A DNA stretch of 64,000 nt from Octopus sinensis (Eukaryota), in assembly GCF_006345805.1 (NCBI RefSeq), contig NC_043005.1, positions 70,122,001 through 70,186,000 of the forward strand, written 5' to 3'. Under the pieces are notes generated by a model. That model was given only the letters and a program-made list of their open reading frames with translations, searched no databases and was not told the origin of the DNA. The stretch's first letter is position 1. Every line of letters starts with the position of its first letter. Made by a program: the position numbers and the translations under genes. Of this stretch, positions 1 to 11,750 are shown piece by piece.

Positions 1-392
1 CTTCAAATTCATTTACACAGAATCAGTACTTAAGGTCTAGTTAAGTGTAACAACCTTAATGTTGTCTTAATGCGCAATAACTCTAAGAACAATGTCGATT
101 CAAATAATATCTGATATCGAAGGAAAGAGAAAGAGAGTTAACTTGTTTTATGCATTATAGTCTTGCACGCAATAATTATAGTTATCCTCGTGATATAATA
201 TATTCAATGTAGTCAACTAGAATATTTCGAATACAGCTAAATGTGAATGCTTTCACATGGTAGAAGTAAAATTCAATGTACTAATAGATTTATATTATCA
301 ATTCTTGCTTTATAAACACTTACAAAAGAGAATCAAAGATGAAGTGTTGGAAATACTATAAATACAAGAAAAATATTTCTCCTACATTACAG

Positions 393-500
393 GCGTAAGC
401 GTGGCAGCGTAGTAAGAAATGTCTTTCGCCCCAAAAATTCTTCTGGGTTCACTCTCATTGCTGGAACCTTGGGCAAGTGCTTTCTACTATTGCCTGCGTC
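393..500 (+). mobile_element. SINE family A, degenerate 5' head plus CORE-like box; outer layer of a nested cluster
   Basis: ggcgtaagcgtggcagcgtagtaagaa...gggttcactctc...accttgggcaagtgctttctactattgcct aligns by eye to the 5' end of the full copy at 28559 (A/B-box tRNA head, CCTTGGGCAAGT motif). Confidence 0.7.
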
Positions 501-924
501 CAACTAAACTTCGTATCAAAGCATTTTCGTACTAGTTCAGTAAAGCGCCAACAGGAAGCAGCACACGGTTGCGTGCGCAATGAGAGCTTAGCAGTGACCT
601 TCATGAGGCAGTGTGTGTCAAATGATGTCACTGTGTTTACTTCACAAGTTTTTAAATTTGTGTTTTTGTGATCACATTTTATGATGTAGTCTGCGATTTT
701 ATCATGAACAAAAAACAAAGATCCAGCGTGAAATTTTACGTCAAGCTTAGGACGTCTGCTACAAAGAAATTGGGCATGCTTCGGCAAGCTTACGGCGACG
801 AGGCAAATGGTCGTATGCAATGTTTTCAGTAGCACGGCAGCTTCAAAAGTTGAACTTAACTGGAAGCCGATGAGTTATCTGGAAGACTGGCCACGAGCAT
901 CATCCCTGGAAATGTTGTATTTAT

Positions 925-1404
925 TTTTCCACTTGTTTCAGTCATTTATTTGACTGCGGCGATGCTAGAGCACAATCTTTCGGAGAAAAGAATCGACCAA
1001 GGTATTATTTTTGTAAGCCTAGTACTTATTCTATCTGTCTCTTTTACCGAACCGCTAAACTATGGGGACGTAAACACACCAACATCGGTTGTCAAGCAAT
1101 GGTGGGAGGTCAAACACACACACACATTTATACAACGGGCTGCTTTCAGTTTCCTCCTACAAAATCCATTCACAAGTATTTGGTCGACTCGTGGCTATAG
1201 GAGACGACACTTGCCCAAGGTACGACGCTGGATACTGTAGTCGTGACGGTAGTGATAGTGGTGGCGGTGGTCATGGTGGTGGTGGTGGTGGTGGTGGTGG
1301 TTGTGGTGGTAGTGTGGTGGTGATCTGGGTGATGGTTATGTGAGACTGAACTTGGAACAAAGTGGTTGAGAAACAAGCTTCTTACCACAATGCCACGCTG
1401 CACC
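925..1404 (-). mobile_element. SINE family A, full length, antisense, inserted in the mariner; split by a (GGT)n tract
   Basis: Reverse complement matches the 28559-29077 copy: head (gcttcttaccacaatgccacgctgcacc), cacttgcccaagg CORE-like box, tail acttgtttcagtcatt...gactgcggcgatgctagagcac. Confidence 0.85.
1236..1340. repeat. (GGT)n/(GAT) trinucleotide microsatellite inside a SINE head
   Basis: Directly visible ggtggtggt run; source of the poly-Gly/Thr/Val ORFs. Confidence 0.95.
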
Positions 1405-1899
1405 TATTGTGCATCGAAAATCTGTCCCCAGGGCTAGACCATCAATCGAGAGTTCTACTGCGATGTCTTGAAGTGCTTGAGGGAGGATGTTCGGCGAAAT
1501 AGTCCAGATCTGCGGAGCGCGAAGCACTGGATTTTTCACGATGACAATACACCGTCATTGAGCTCTCATAACTCGTGGTTTTCTCGCCAAAAGCAACATT
1601 GTATCGCTTTTGCATCTGCCCTTTAGGCCAGATGTAGCACCTGCGGACTTCCATTTCTTCCCCAAGATGAAAATGCAATTCAAAGATCACCATTTTAACA
1701 CCGTTGTCGAAACCCATAGCGAATCGCAGAAGGTCCTCTACTTGCTCACTGAAAACGACTTCTAGGCCGGATTCCAAAAGTGGCACAAACGCTGGGACCG
1801 GTGTATTGCTACGCAAGGTGATTATTTCGGAAGAGTTGATGTTAAAACTTAGATAATGTTTTCCTAAACATAGTCCGGGATCCATTTTATACCACCTCG

Positions 1900-1958
<59 letters not shown>

Positions 1959-1990
1959 CGTATGTATGCATATATGTATGTATTATATAA
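1900..1990. repeat. (TA)n microsatellite (SINE A internal tract and mariner target)
   Basis: Visible TA/TG run starting at the mariner 3' TA. Confidence 0.95.
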
Positions 1991-1994
1991 ATTA

Positions 1995-2205
1995 TGTGTG
2001 CGTCTTTGTCTTGTTTGTCTCTCACCACCATTTCACAACCACTGTTGGTGTATTTATGCCTGTTACTCAGCAGTTTAGTAAAAAGCCCCAGTAAAATACG
2101 TACATGACTTCAAAACTTAAAGTACTGGCCTCGACTAGTTCGACTAAAGACTTCGAGGTGGTGCCCTAGGTGGCCGAAGCCTGAAAAAACTAAGAGAATA
2201 AAAGA
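1995..2205 (+). mobile_element. SINE family A, degenerate 3' half; partner of the 393-500 head
   Basis: ctcaccaccatttcacaaccactgttggtgtatttatg...cgactaaag...ggtggtgccctaggtggccgaagcc...taagagaataaaaga aligns to the SINE A tail. Confidence 0.7.
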
Positions 2206-3354
2206 ATTACATCTTGAAATTTTAAAACGCTGAACGGCATAATAGATAATTGTAGTATTGAATTCTTCTAAAATATCAACATTTTCAAAGAGAGAATGCA
2301 TTCGATCATAAATTAGTTTGCCGTAGGCTAAAAAGCAACAGGTGTTCGTGATTGGAAGATATGTGTGATATATTGCACGACTTTCAGTCGTGAAAATACA
2401 CTATTGAATTAGATAATCTGATTTTCAGTTGTCTTACCTACAGTGACGTGAATGCACTCCACGAACATACGAAATAACTTGTAGATCTGATAGTGTTTGT
2501 ATGGGTACCATATTTCACAACTAGATATTTCTTCTTGAGTTCGAGTACCTTTCGTTTGTTTAAAAGGTCCGAATCTATAGTTCTACATGCTATATTTCCC
2601 CAAATTGAAAGAATTGCAATTACTTCATGCAAAGAAGTTAGAAGCTGTAAAATAATGATAATATAGACGCAGATATACATATAACGTTACAGTAAACTCA
2701 AATATTTTGAAAATTCCTTTAAATATGTGCACGTGTTCGTGTGTGTGGGTGCTTGTTAGATGGTATGCGTGTGTGTTTCTGTGTAGGTGTGTATTTATAT
2801 GTATTCATGCACATATATGTACACACACACACAAACACACACACACACGCCCTCGCACATATATTGTTCTTCTCAAAGACACTACAACCGAAGTGTGCTT
2901 CGCCCGACATCTCCAGGTTTCTGTCCTGTATTACATTAGCTTCAGCTTTGCTAGTTCTTCAATATCATGCTGCGTATCTGTCAACAATAACAATGTATTT
3001 GATTGTATTTCTCTTCATCATCTTTTTAGATGCGGGCATCTCGAAAATATAATGGCATTCATTGATATTGCAGTGACCGGTAAAGCCTAACCAATACTGG
3101 GGAAGAATAGCAGAGAGGAGCAGAGCCTGTTTGTAAACATAAGTCTCTGTTTGTCTAATGCTCAAATAGGAAGATATCAAAGCCTTCTTCAAAACCTAAC
3201 GCTTTTCTCAAAGAGGTCACTAGTGTCAATTTCTTTGGATTTGTTCAAAGTATTGTGTGTGTTGTTCAGAACCTTTTCAAAAGTAGGTATTGTGCGTACC
3301 GAAATACCTATATATCCATATATACCTATATGTATTTATATCTATTTCTATCAA

Positions 3355-3386
3355 TCTATCTATTTCTCTCTTCTCTCTCTCCATCT

Positions 3387-3438
<52 letters not shown>

Positions 3439-3520
3439 GCCTATCTACCCATCCATTATATCCATTCATCTATCCATCCATCCATCTATTTATGTATCTA
3501 TCAATCTATTGAGAGAGGGA
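3355..3520. repeat. Compound (CT)/(TA)n/(TCCA,TCTA) microsatellite
   Basis: Directly visible. Confidence 0.95.
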
Positions 3521-4261
3521 GAAAGTGAGAGAAGGAGAAAATAATATTAAAAACTTGAGATTTAATTATTTATTAATAAGGTGATACTTCATACTTCCTA
3601 CAACTGTTTCAGTTTTACTCATTGAATAATTTACAATCTCATTCTTTAAATTTGCAGTTATAAGATATGAACACAATATCTTCGGGGAAAAACATGAGGA
3701 AAAGATATGCAATAAAAAATTACATGTTGACCTCTTAGTTCATACAGGCAGATTAATATATGGAGTTATTTTATTTTTATTATTGTGTGTGCATGAGGAT
3801 AAAAGGATTAATTTGAATATAAGAAATAAAGTATAATAAATAATGAGGTAGAATAAAATAAAATAAAATAAAAATAAATACAATAAAAATAAAAGGTATA
3901 AAATATAAAATAAATAAGGCAAATATAAAAATAAGATAAATAAATAAGTAAAAACAGAACAGAAATAAAATATGACAGAACTGATTCTATGTATTAATCA
4001 GTGTCCATTGATTAGAGAAATTTAAATGATTAAAATTTATTTATTTACTGCTTTAGTAATAAATAAAAAGGAGTACACTTGTAAAATGGGGTTTATGAAA
4101 TTGATACATCTTTAAAAGTTATACCTATACGATCAAAGAAAAAATATATGAAGGACCTAATTACAAAATCTAATGAATTCATCCATAGACTCCGATGTAT
4201 ATCTTTTCACTTTGACTCTACACCTGATACTAAAAATTGAAATATAAATAGGGAAATGGAA

Positions 4262-4462
4262 CACATAACCAACTGCGCCGTAATTTTTCTTGGGGTGCCA
4301 GTCCTTTGCCGCTCTTTATATTCACCAGTCTCCTAGTATAACTTCCACGCTTGCACGCAAGCCGTTTTACTGCACTTTCGTTGCTTGCTGATATTTGAAA
4401 TGGAAACTTTTTGCTGGTGGAGTAATACGCGTGACTGGACTGAGGCTACATCGTTTTCCCAT
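4262..4462 (-). pseudogene. Tc1-like transposase N-terminal (HTH) fragment
   Basis: Minus strand from ATG 4462: MGKRCSLSPVTR / (frameshift) LLHQQKVSISNISKQRKCSKTACVQAWKLY*ETGEYKERQRTGTPRKITAQL, the Tc1 pattern of HTH followed by a TG..R.G(R)PRK.T motif. Confidence 0.65.
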
Positions 4463-5321
4463 TATTAATTAATTGAATAATAATATTAAATTATAACAAT
4501 ATATAGTGCAGTTAGGCTAGTTGTGTTACCACCCATTTAGGCAAAAGAAATTTGCCGGTAAATTTGAAATGTTTATATTAATTTAGCATTAGAATTCTTC
4601 AAGTTGTATGAAAATAGTTATTGTCTGCATCATTCGAAAGAGAAATAAATTCTGCATAAGGTGTAAAAGATAAAAATAATTTGTATGGCGTTAGTAACAA
4701 AATATTTTGTAAGAAATAGAACTTTTATCATCGGTCTTAAATTTATTTTCGCCAGTGTGGGGTAATATCAAATTATATAATATACTATTCATATAATATC
4801 CTCTAACATGAAGGAGACACATTACCTATGGATACAACAGGCTAGCGTTGTTGAAAGGTTTCATAATTATATCTGTAAACATTAATTGAGATAAGTATTA
4901 CTAAATATAACACTCATGATAATACTATATTCGAGTTTATTACCTTCAATTAACAACTAAAATCCTAACAATATCTTAAACAATAGTTAATAATAATTAT
5001 TAACTATTTTACTGAGATTAACTTAATCACCACGTATTGAATAGATTTTGAAACAATTTCTATAAACATTAGAATAAATAACGTAACACATTCCTACCTA
5101 TAACTAACACACCAGGCTATATATATTGATATCTAACTAAATACATATAACTTATCTTTTGGGACTAATATCCTACGTTATTATTAATTTTAAACGATAA
5201 TTACCAATACTTATTAATTAAATATGGATTAACTACATTTCCATATATTGATAATATGCTGAAATTCTTTCTACAAACTACATTTATGATGATGTAATGC
5301 AAATGAACTCTCTCTATATAT

Positions 5322-5501
5322 ATTTCTATATTTAAGCGATGGGGAATTATGTACACTATTTACATTATTTATATTTCACGGATATTTGTCCTCATCTTGT
5401 TTGTTGTTAACCCAACGTTTCGGCTGATACACCTTCCAGCCTTCATCAGGCATCTTGGGAAAATTTCGAACCAGCGTTCTCATTCCTAAGGTATTCTTCG
5501 A

Positions 5502-5543
<42 letters not shown>

Positions 5544-5622
5544 TGTCACTGTCACAGCTTGGAATCGAACACGGAGTCTAAGGGTTTGTAGCTTGCACTC
5601 TTAACAACTACCCCATACGCAC
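5322..5622 (-). mobile_element. tRNA-headed SINE-like element with (AAT)n spacer and Penelope-type hammerhead tail, copy 1
   Basis: Minus strand: tRNA-like head (gcgtatggggtagttgttaag...gtgttcgattcc), (AAT)n, aacatcga..accttaggaatgagaac.., hammerhead core, gatgaggacaaatatcc..aatgtaaata. Homologous to 23678-23959 and 24045-24303. Confidence 0.85.
5409..5454 (-). ncRNA. Minimal type I hammerhead ribozyme motif (PLE type), catalytic core intact
   Basis: Minus strand gaugc-CUGAUGA-a-GGCUG(gaaggugua u)CAGCC-GAA-ACGU-U-ggguu: conserved CUGANGA and GAAA boxes, 5-bp stem II, palindromic ACGU stem III; stem I has one mismatch. Confidence 0.75.
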
Positions 5623-5994
5623 ACGGGCATATAAACAACTACAATAGAACTGAAGGTGTTAATTCGTATATATATGTATAATCATATAACTTATTTACGT
5701 ATCTTCGTGCGTGTATTTGCGCATCTGTGCATTTATGTATACATTTATATATGTGCATGTGTATTGATACAAGCGTATGTATATATATATATTATTACTC
5801 TGAGTCTTTTATTACCATACAATTCCACGCACACGCATATGTTGAGAAACCGTTATGATTAGGTATTTTCTGAAATGCTTAACCGCATGTTAAGCTCATA
5901 TAAATTTCTGTAATCAATAGTCTATTATATCGTATATCCTTTTTGTTCAACTTCCATTTATTTTATTTTTATATTATTTATCTGATGCTTTTTA

Positions 5995-6051
5995 TTTCTA
6001 TATATATATAAATATATATATATATACACATATATATATATATATACATAC

Positions 6052-6099
<48 letters not shown>

Positions 6100-6115
6100 C
6101 GTGTGTATATGTATA
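5995..6115. repeat. (TA)n microsatellite
   Basis: Directly visible; SINE C inserted at its right edge. Confidence 0.95.
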
Positions 6116-6117
6116 TG

Positions 6118-6364
6118 GTGGAGGCGCGTGACTTAGTGGTTAGGGTGTCAGCGTCATAATCGTAAGATTGTGGTTTCGATTCCTGGACAGGGCGAAGCGT
6201 TGTGTTTTTGCGCAAACAAAACACTTCATTTCAAGTTGCTCCAGTCCACTCAGGTGGTAAAAATGAGTAACGCTGCGATGGACTGGCATCCCGTCCAGCT
6301 GTGGAACATATACGCCATAGAAACCGGGGAACCGGGCCCATGAGCCTGGCTAGGCTTTAAAAAG
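6118..6364 (+). mobile_element. SINE family C (tRNA head plus Meta-domain-like core)
   Basis: gaggcgcgtgacttagtggttagg (A box)...ggtttcgattcc (B box)...gttgctccagtccactcag...gcgatggactggcatcccgtccag...atagaaaccggg. The last part resembles my recollection of the MetaSINE central domain, so the domain name is tentative. Confidence 0.75.
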
Positions 6365-7344
6365 ATATATATGTATATATATATTTATTTATAAGTGATA
6401 GATAGATGGTTTTAATCATAAAGTTAATGTCTTAGAAAATTTCATCTGGGAACGAAAATGTTGTCAAATGTCTTGGAATATCCAGAAAATGCAACTCTTT
6501 CGCTTAAAGATTTTACGGCAGAATTGATGTGACTTCGGTGAAGGCATTTTGATTCTCAAATAAGATAGAATCAAGCTGATGTGAAATACCCCTAAAACAG
6601 TACAAGTTCATGATTTCTTTAGTCATAGATAAGAGTGTAATTCCTGTGGTCCATCGTTAAAATGTTTCAAGATCAACATTGTAAGCCTGTTTAGACAATA
6701 TATTTCTCTATGATCCAGAAACATTGTATGTAAAGAAAAGTCACTAAAACTCTAATGGTACTTACACCTAGTCTTGACGAGAGAAAAAGCACGTAATTTA
6801 GCGAAACATATGGATATATTTTAGCCATGTCTTTGGTGGGTACGATTTGCCTATTATTCTTACCATCAACGGCGGAGATACTTGAAATGTTACAGAAGTT
6901 AAACACATCTGAACTGCATTTATGTTATTAATGGAGGTACATATGATATAACTAAGAACCTTCTGAGTCTCGTGGCTGGGGAGAGGTTGATCATTACGTG
7001 TCAAGCTGAAATGCATCCAAGTTGCGACAGTGAGAAGAAGAGTGAAGAGATGTGACCATTATGAAGGAAAATTTTCTGGTGTATTTTCTTTCAGATTTAA
7101 CAACAATATTCAATCGATATTTGACAAAAGTAATACGAATATTGTTTATTGTTATGAAGTAAAACAATAAGCTCATTATTAGCTACAATCTGCGAAAAGG
7201 CTATTTCCAATAAACATCGACCTTCGAAGGATGAAAAAGCAAAATGGAAGCCGATGGGATTTCTTTCGTTTTATCTCTATTGTGACAATAAGGGAATATA
7301 TAAAGGATTCGAAAGAATTTTATCTAATTCTTTATCATTTCTAA

Positions 7345-7478
7345 AAACAAATACAACAACAGCAATCATCACAATAATAAACATAACCACAACAACAACA
7401 CCAATAATAATGACAATAATAATAATAATAATGATAATAATAATAATACTAATAATAATAATTTAAATAATAATAATG

Positions 7479-7513
<35 letters not shown>

Positions 7514-7703
7514 AATAGTAATAATAATCATAATAAAAATAATCATAATAATCATAATAATAATAATGATAATAATCATAATAATCATAATAATAATAAT
7601 AATAATCATATTAATCATAATAATAATAATGATGATGATGATGATGATGATGATGACGATGATGATGATGACAATGATGATGATGGTGGTGGTGGTGGTG
7701 ATG

Positions 7704-7735
<32 letters not shown>

Positions 7736-7790
7736 GATGATGATGATGATAATAATGATAATAACGATAATACGAACAGTACGAGATTCG
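7345..7790. repeat. Long mosaic trinucleotide tract (ACA, ATA, ATC, ATG, GTG)
   Basis: About 450 bp of in-phase triplet runs; source of the poly-I/M/H/S ORFs. Confidence 0.95.
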
Positions 7791-8094
7791 TAATAGCAAA
7801 AAGGGCAAAATAGAAAAAATATGCATTCTCAAATACTACCATTGATATTTTATTTTTTTAATGAAAATCTACAAAGAAATGTCTTTTCAAAAACGAATTA
7901 TACTTTACACTCCTATCCTTATAACCCAGATGAATCCACTTGAGAAATTAAAAAAAAAAAGATATCATCAAATGCGTCAGTTTCATTTCCAGGATTTAAT
8001 TTGCTAGAAATAATCAGATATTTGGACCCTCAATAACGAAGTTGTGAGAGACAGATCCTCTGCCATAGAAGGACAAAGATATATGAACTCTGAT

Positions 8095-8098
8095 ATAA

Positions 8099-8156
<58 letters not shown>

Positions 8157-8303
8157 GTGTGTATATATGTGTGTATGTGTATATGTATGTATGTAACTAT
8201 ATATATATATATATATATTAGTGTAAGTGTGTGTGTGTGTGTACACGTAAACATTACATACGTGCATACATACATACATACATACGTATACACACAGACA
8301 TGC

Positions 8304-8360
<57 letters not shown>

Positions 8361-8395
8361 TTAGAGAGAGAGAGAGAGAGGAATAGTATATATAC
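8095..8395. repeat. Compound (TA)/(TG)/(TACA)/(GA) microsatellite
   Basis: Directly visible. Confidence 0.95.
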
Positions 8396-8669
8396 GCATA
8401 TAATTATTTCGTTGTTACTACAAATTTCCTTTTTTTATTTCATTCCATTAAATGCTTATTTCTAAAGATTTTTTGAATTTTTAATCAATACAACACCGAT
8501 ATTTGCTGAGCATACATTTTTATATTCTTCTCGTTAAGTTCAATTTATGTTCAATAAGCTTGCTTTCTGTGTCTACGAACATTACTTTATGTGTGCATTA
8601 GCGCTTATGCAATTATGCTTGTGAGAGAATGCGTGTCTCACCCTGAGTGTGTGCGTTTGTGAGTATATA

Positions 8670-10524
8670 TCTATATATATAAAACTGAGAATGTGTGTCT
8701 GTCTGTCTGTCTGGCTGTGTGAATCGCTAAAACTTGAGAACTACACAACCAATTTCATTCAAATTTTACACATACCTTACTTAGGGTCCAGGGAGTGTCA
8801 TGGGCAAAACAATGCTTAACTTTTTGCCTAAGGCGAACCCACAGCAATATCATATCTTCTCCAATATGAATCCCTAAAACTTGAGAACTACACAAACAAT
8901 TTCATTCATTTTACACATTTTACACATGCCTTGTTTAGGGTCCATGTATTGTCATGGGCAAAAAATTTCTAACTTCTTGCCTAGGGCGACCCAACAGCAA
9001 TATCATATCTTCTCCACTATTTCAGTATTACGTGTTAAAAGTGAAACAAAAACATCTCTCTATTGTATGTATATGGATGTATATATTTCAGATGGCTTAA
9101 GGGGGACACAACCCCCCCCCCATGAAAATTCATAAATTTTCGATGTTAATGAAATTTCAACCATAGGTAATTGACACACATCAAGAAGTATTCTCAAAGT
9201 TTCCACTTCACATGAGGATTTTAAGACACCCTAATGGGGGCCTTCACTCCCAAATTTTAGTCATTTCTTTTATGATGCAAAATTAATTCGAAAGTACTGA
9301 ATGGATCTTTACGGAATTTGGAAGTTATATTCTCTGCATAAGGGCCACAACCCCATGACAATTCATTTACTTTTGTTGTTGAGGAAATTTTAACCATAGA
9401 TATTAGACACAAATGAAGTAATATTTATAAAATTTCATCTTCTTACAATTAGAAAGACCCCTTCATGGGGACTTAGCACCCACAATTTTGTCATTTTATC
9501 TTAGCAAAGACGAATAGTTGTACTCTTGGAAGCTGTGGGGTCATCCGAGCATAGACGATGACCATTATTTGTAATTCAATGGCACAACAGTGTAAGAGTT
9601 TGCTTTGGCATACACTTAGATTGTGATTTCGGCAATGTGCTGCATAAATTGTCAAGTAAATGAGAGGTATATTTGCCTCCACTAATTCAGCTGCAAAGTG
9701 TTGAGTAAAGTTATTTGATTGCAGATCTCCTTTCAGTCTTTTTTTATTATCACTGGGTCACACATAGTTCCCACATGGTAACATTGATTTCAAGGCCTTC
9801 CCAGATGAGTGACGGGTTATTCAAAGACATTTATAGATTTTAAATTTATTCTCTCCAGTTACATAGCAGTATAGTGGTCATTTGCAAACTCCAACTTTCA
9901 TTTCTCCTTAGCCCTCACGTCACACAGTTGTTAATGTTTGTTTCAGTTGGGTCATGCCCTTCCAATTGCTATAGATTCGAATGCATCTTACAGCTGTGCC
10001 TGTCACCTGGATGGTGAGGAATCCTACATTGGGAGTGGTAACGACTAGGGTAGGGTAACTGACTGCTTATTGTGATCATTCGTCTTTTGGTTTCCTGCAG
10101 CTTTGCTCTCTCTTACAAACCCAGTGAACATATATTTCCCCATTTCAAAGAAATTCAGACAATAGATATAAGACCCAAGTTAAAAATATTCTCAACAATC
10201 CAACTTCTCTGGTTGACATTAAGATGCCCACCTCCCACAGCTCACATTTTAGAGCTCCATGACCTTCATTTTTCAGGAGCAAAATCTTTTTAACAGGTTC
10301 AATAAGACTGGATTTTTGGAATATGCGCATAAAAATCAGTAGTATGGGGTACATGTGGCACGATTACAATTTTTTTAGGGTGTGTAAAGAGGGAAATAAC
10401 CTTCATCTGTAATTTTGATGAAATTCGAAACATATATATATTCCAGTTCATTAGAGAAAATATAACAGAAATGTCTACTTCTTCAATTGTATGTAACACG
10501 GACAACGCCGGGTATCTCTGCTTG
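8670..10524 (+). mobile_element. Non-autonomous Helitron-like element with internal tandem duplications
   Basis: 5' a|TCtatatatataaaactgagaatgtgtgtctgtctgtctgtc. 3' subterminal hairpin acacgg-acaacg-ccgggt, 7 nt, then CTTG|t (CTAG variant). A|T target, no TSD. Internal direct repeats of about 147 bp (8720/8867) and about 240 bp (9099/9340). Confidence 0.7.
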
Positions 10525-10794
10525 TTTCCTATATATATATTTTTTTAATTTATTATGATCTTTTGCTGGATTTTCCAGGACACAGCACATGTACATATAT
10601 TGTTACAAGAAGCTGTCCGTTTAAATATTTCAACTTAAAAGAATTCTTAAGCTTCACTTGCCCACTGGCTTTTGGCTTTGAAGCTAAAATGGAATTACAG
10701 ATTAGAATGAAGTCTTAAAACCATAAAGATGAATCGTCTTGAGAAACATGGCTGCAACTTTTGTATGAACGAATAGAGACAGAGGCAGATTCAA

Positions 10795-10900
10795 CACACA
10801 CACACATACACACACATATATACATATATCTATATATATATATACACACATGTATGTATATATGTACGTATATATATGTATATATATGTGTATACATATG

Positions 10901-10937
<37 letters not shown>

Positions 10938-11030
10938 GTATGCATACGTACATATGTATATCTATATATATATATATATACATGTATATATATATATATA
11001 TATTATATATATATATATATATATATTTAG
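10795..11030. repeat. Compound (CA)/(TA)/(TATG) microsatellite
   Basis: Directly visible. Confidence 0.95.
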
Positions 11031-11750
11031 ACATGAAGAGAGAAAGAGAGAATACATGAATACAGACAAAGAGAAAATGCAACAGAGGGCGAGAGAGGGA
11101 GAATGTGAGGAATATAAATAATATATACTAAATATGCTTATTTCTATCTGTATTTGTGTACTTATGCATTCTAGAGTGCTATTCGCTTTCTCTCAGTCTA
11201 CCCCAACATAAACTTTCTCTCACTCCTCTCTTCCGCTTCTTCCTCACTAACTGTATGGATTTGCACACATTATTCAAGTGCACGCGCACACACATACATG
11301 CATATATCTAAAGGGAGAGAGCTATGGAGAGAGAAAAAGCAAGAGACATTGAGAGAGATTGACAAAATTGTACATTAATGACCTCCCTCTTGGCACTCGA
11401 AACTGCACATTCATAAGCAATTGATATTATTTCCCCTGTAATAACTGCCCAAAAGCACGTCTCTGATGTAAAATAGACAGATTTCTATACATATATATTC
11501 TTTTTGAAGGAGTAATATGCTAGAATGTATTTTCCATCATAAACTAGATTCTATTACCCCATTTTACTACCAGCAAAAACTCATAGCGTTATCTTCTAAA
11601 CACGTTTAGATTCATAAAAATGTACTTTCAAGTGGGGAAAGAAAATAGCACTGGAGTGCACTTTGACATGCGTAGCCTTTGTTTTAGTGTTGTTGGTGGA
11701 ATCTAGGTACCGTATCTTCGCCCGATGTTGTTTTAGACATCTTTATTATC

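Larger units (their letters stand above)
505..1899 (+). mobile_element. Decayed mariner DNA transposon, interrupted by a SINE
   Basis: 704-918 translates QRSSVKFYVKLRTSATKKLGMLRQAYGDEANGRMQCFQ*HGSFKS*...DELSGR (mariner HTH region). 1406-1840 gives IVHRKSVP...NREFYCDVLK...WIFHDDNTP...PFRPDVAPADFHFFPKMK...WHKRWDRCIATQGDYF with stops and frameshifts. The 3' TIR ends ...ataccacctcg|TA at 1899-1901; only a degenerate 5' TIR remnant survives near 505-535. Confidence 0.9.

Noticed and set aside
1089-1403. Gly-rich and Thr/His-rich ORFs
   Set aside because: Translations of the (GGT)n tract inside a SINE.
2870-3300. Possible coding or transmembrane segment (ITLASALLVLQYHAAY...) or LINE remnant (YRTETW)
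   Set aside because: Frames are interrupted by stops and I recognise no convincing ordered motif series.
4800-5300. A/T/C-skewed stretch resembling a NUMT
   Set aside because: No open frame under the invertebrate mitochondrial code and no recognisable mitochondrial gene.
5545-5622. tRNA gene-like sequences here, at 23890-23959 and in the SINE heads
   Set aside because: A and B boxes are present, but there is no complete cloverleaf or poly-T terminator and they continue into SINE bodies.
7476-7842. Poly-Ile/Met, poly-His and poly-Ser ORFs
   Set aside because: All frames read through a trinucleotide microsatellite; there is no unique coding sequence or splice context.
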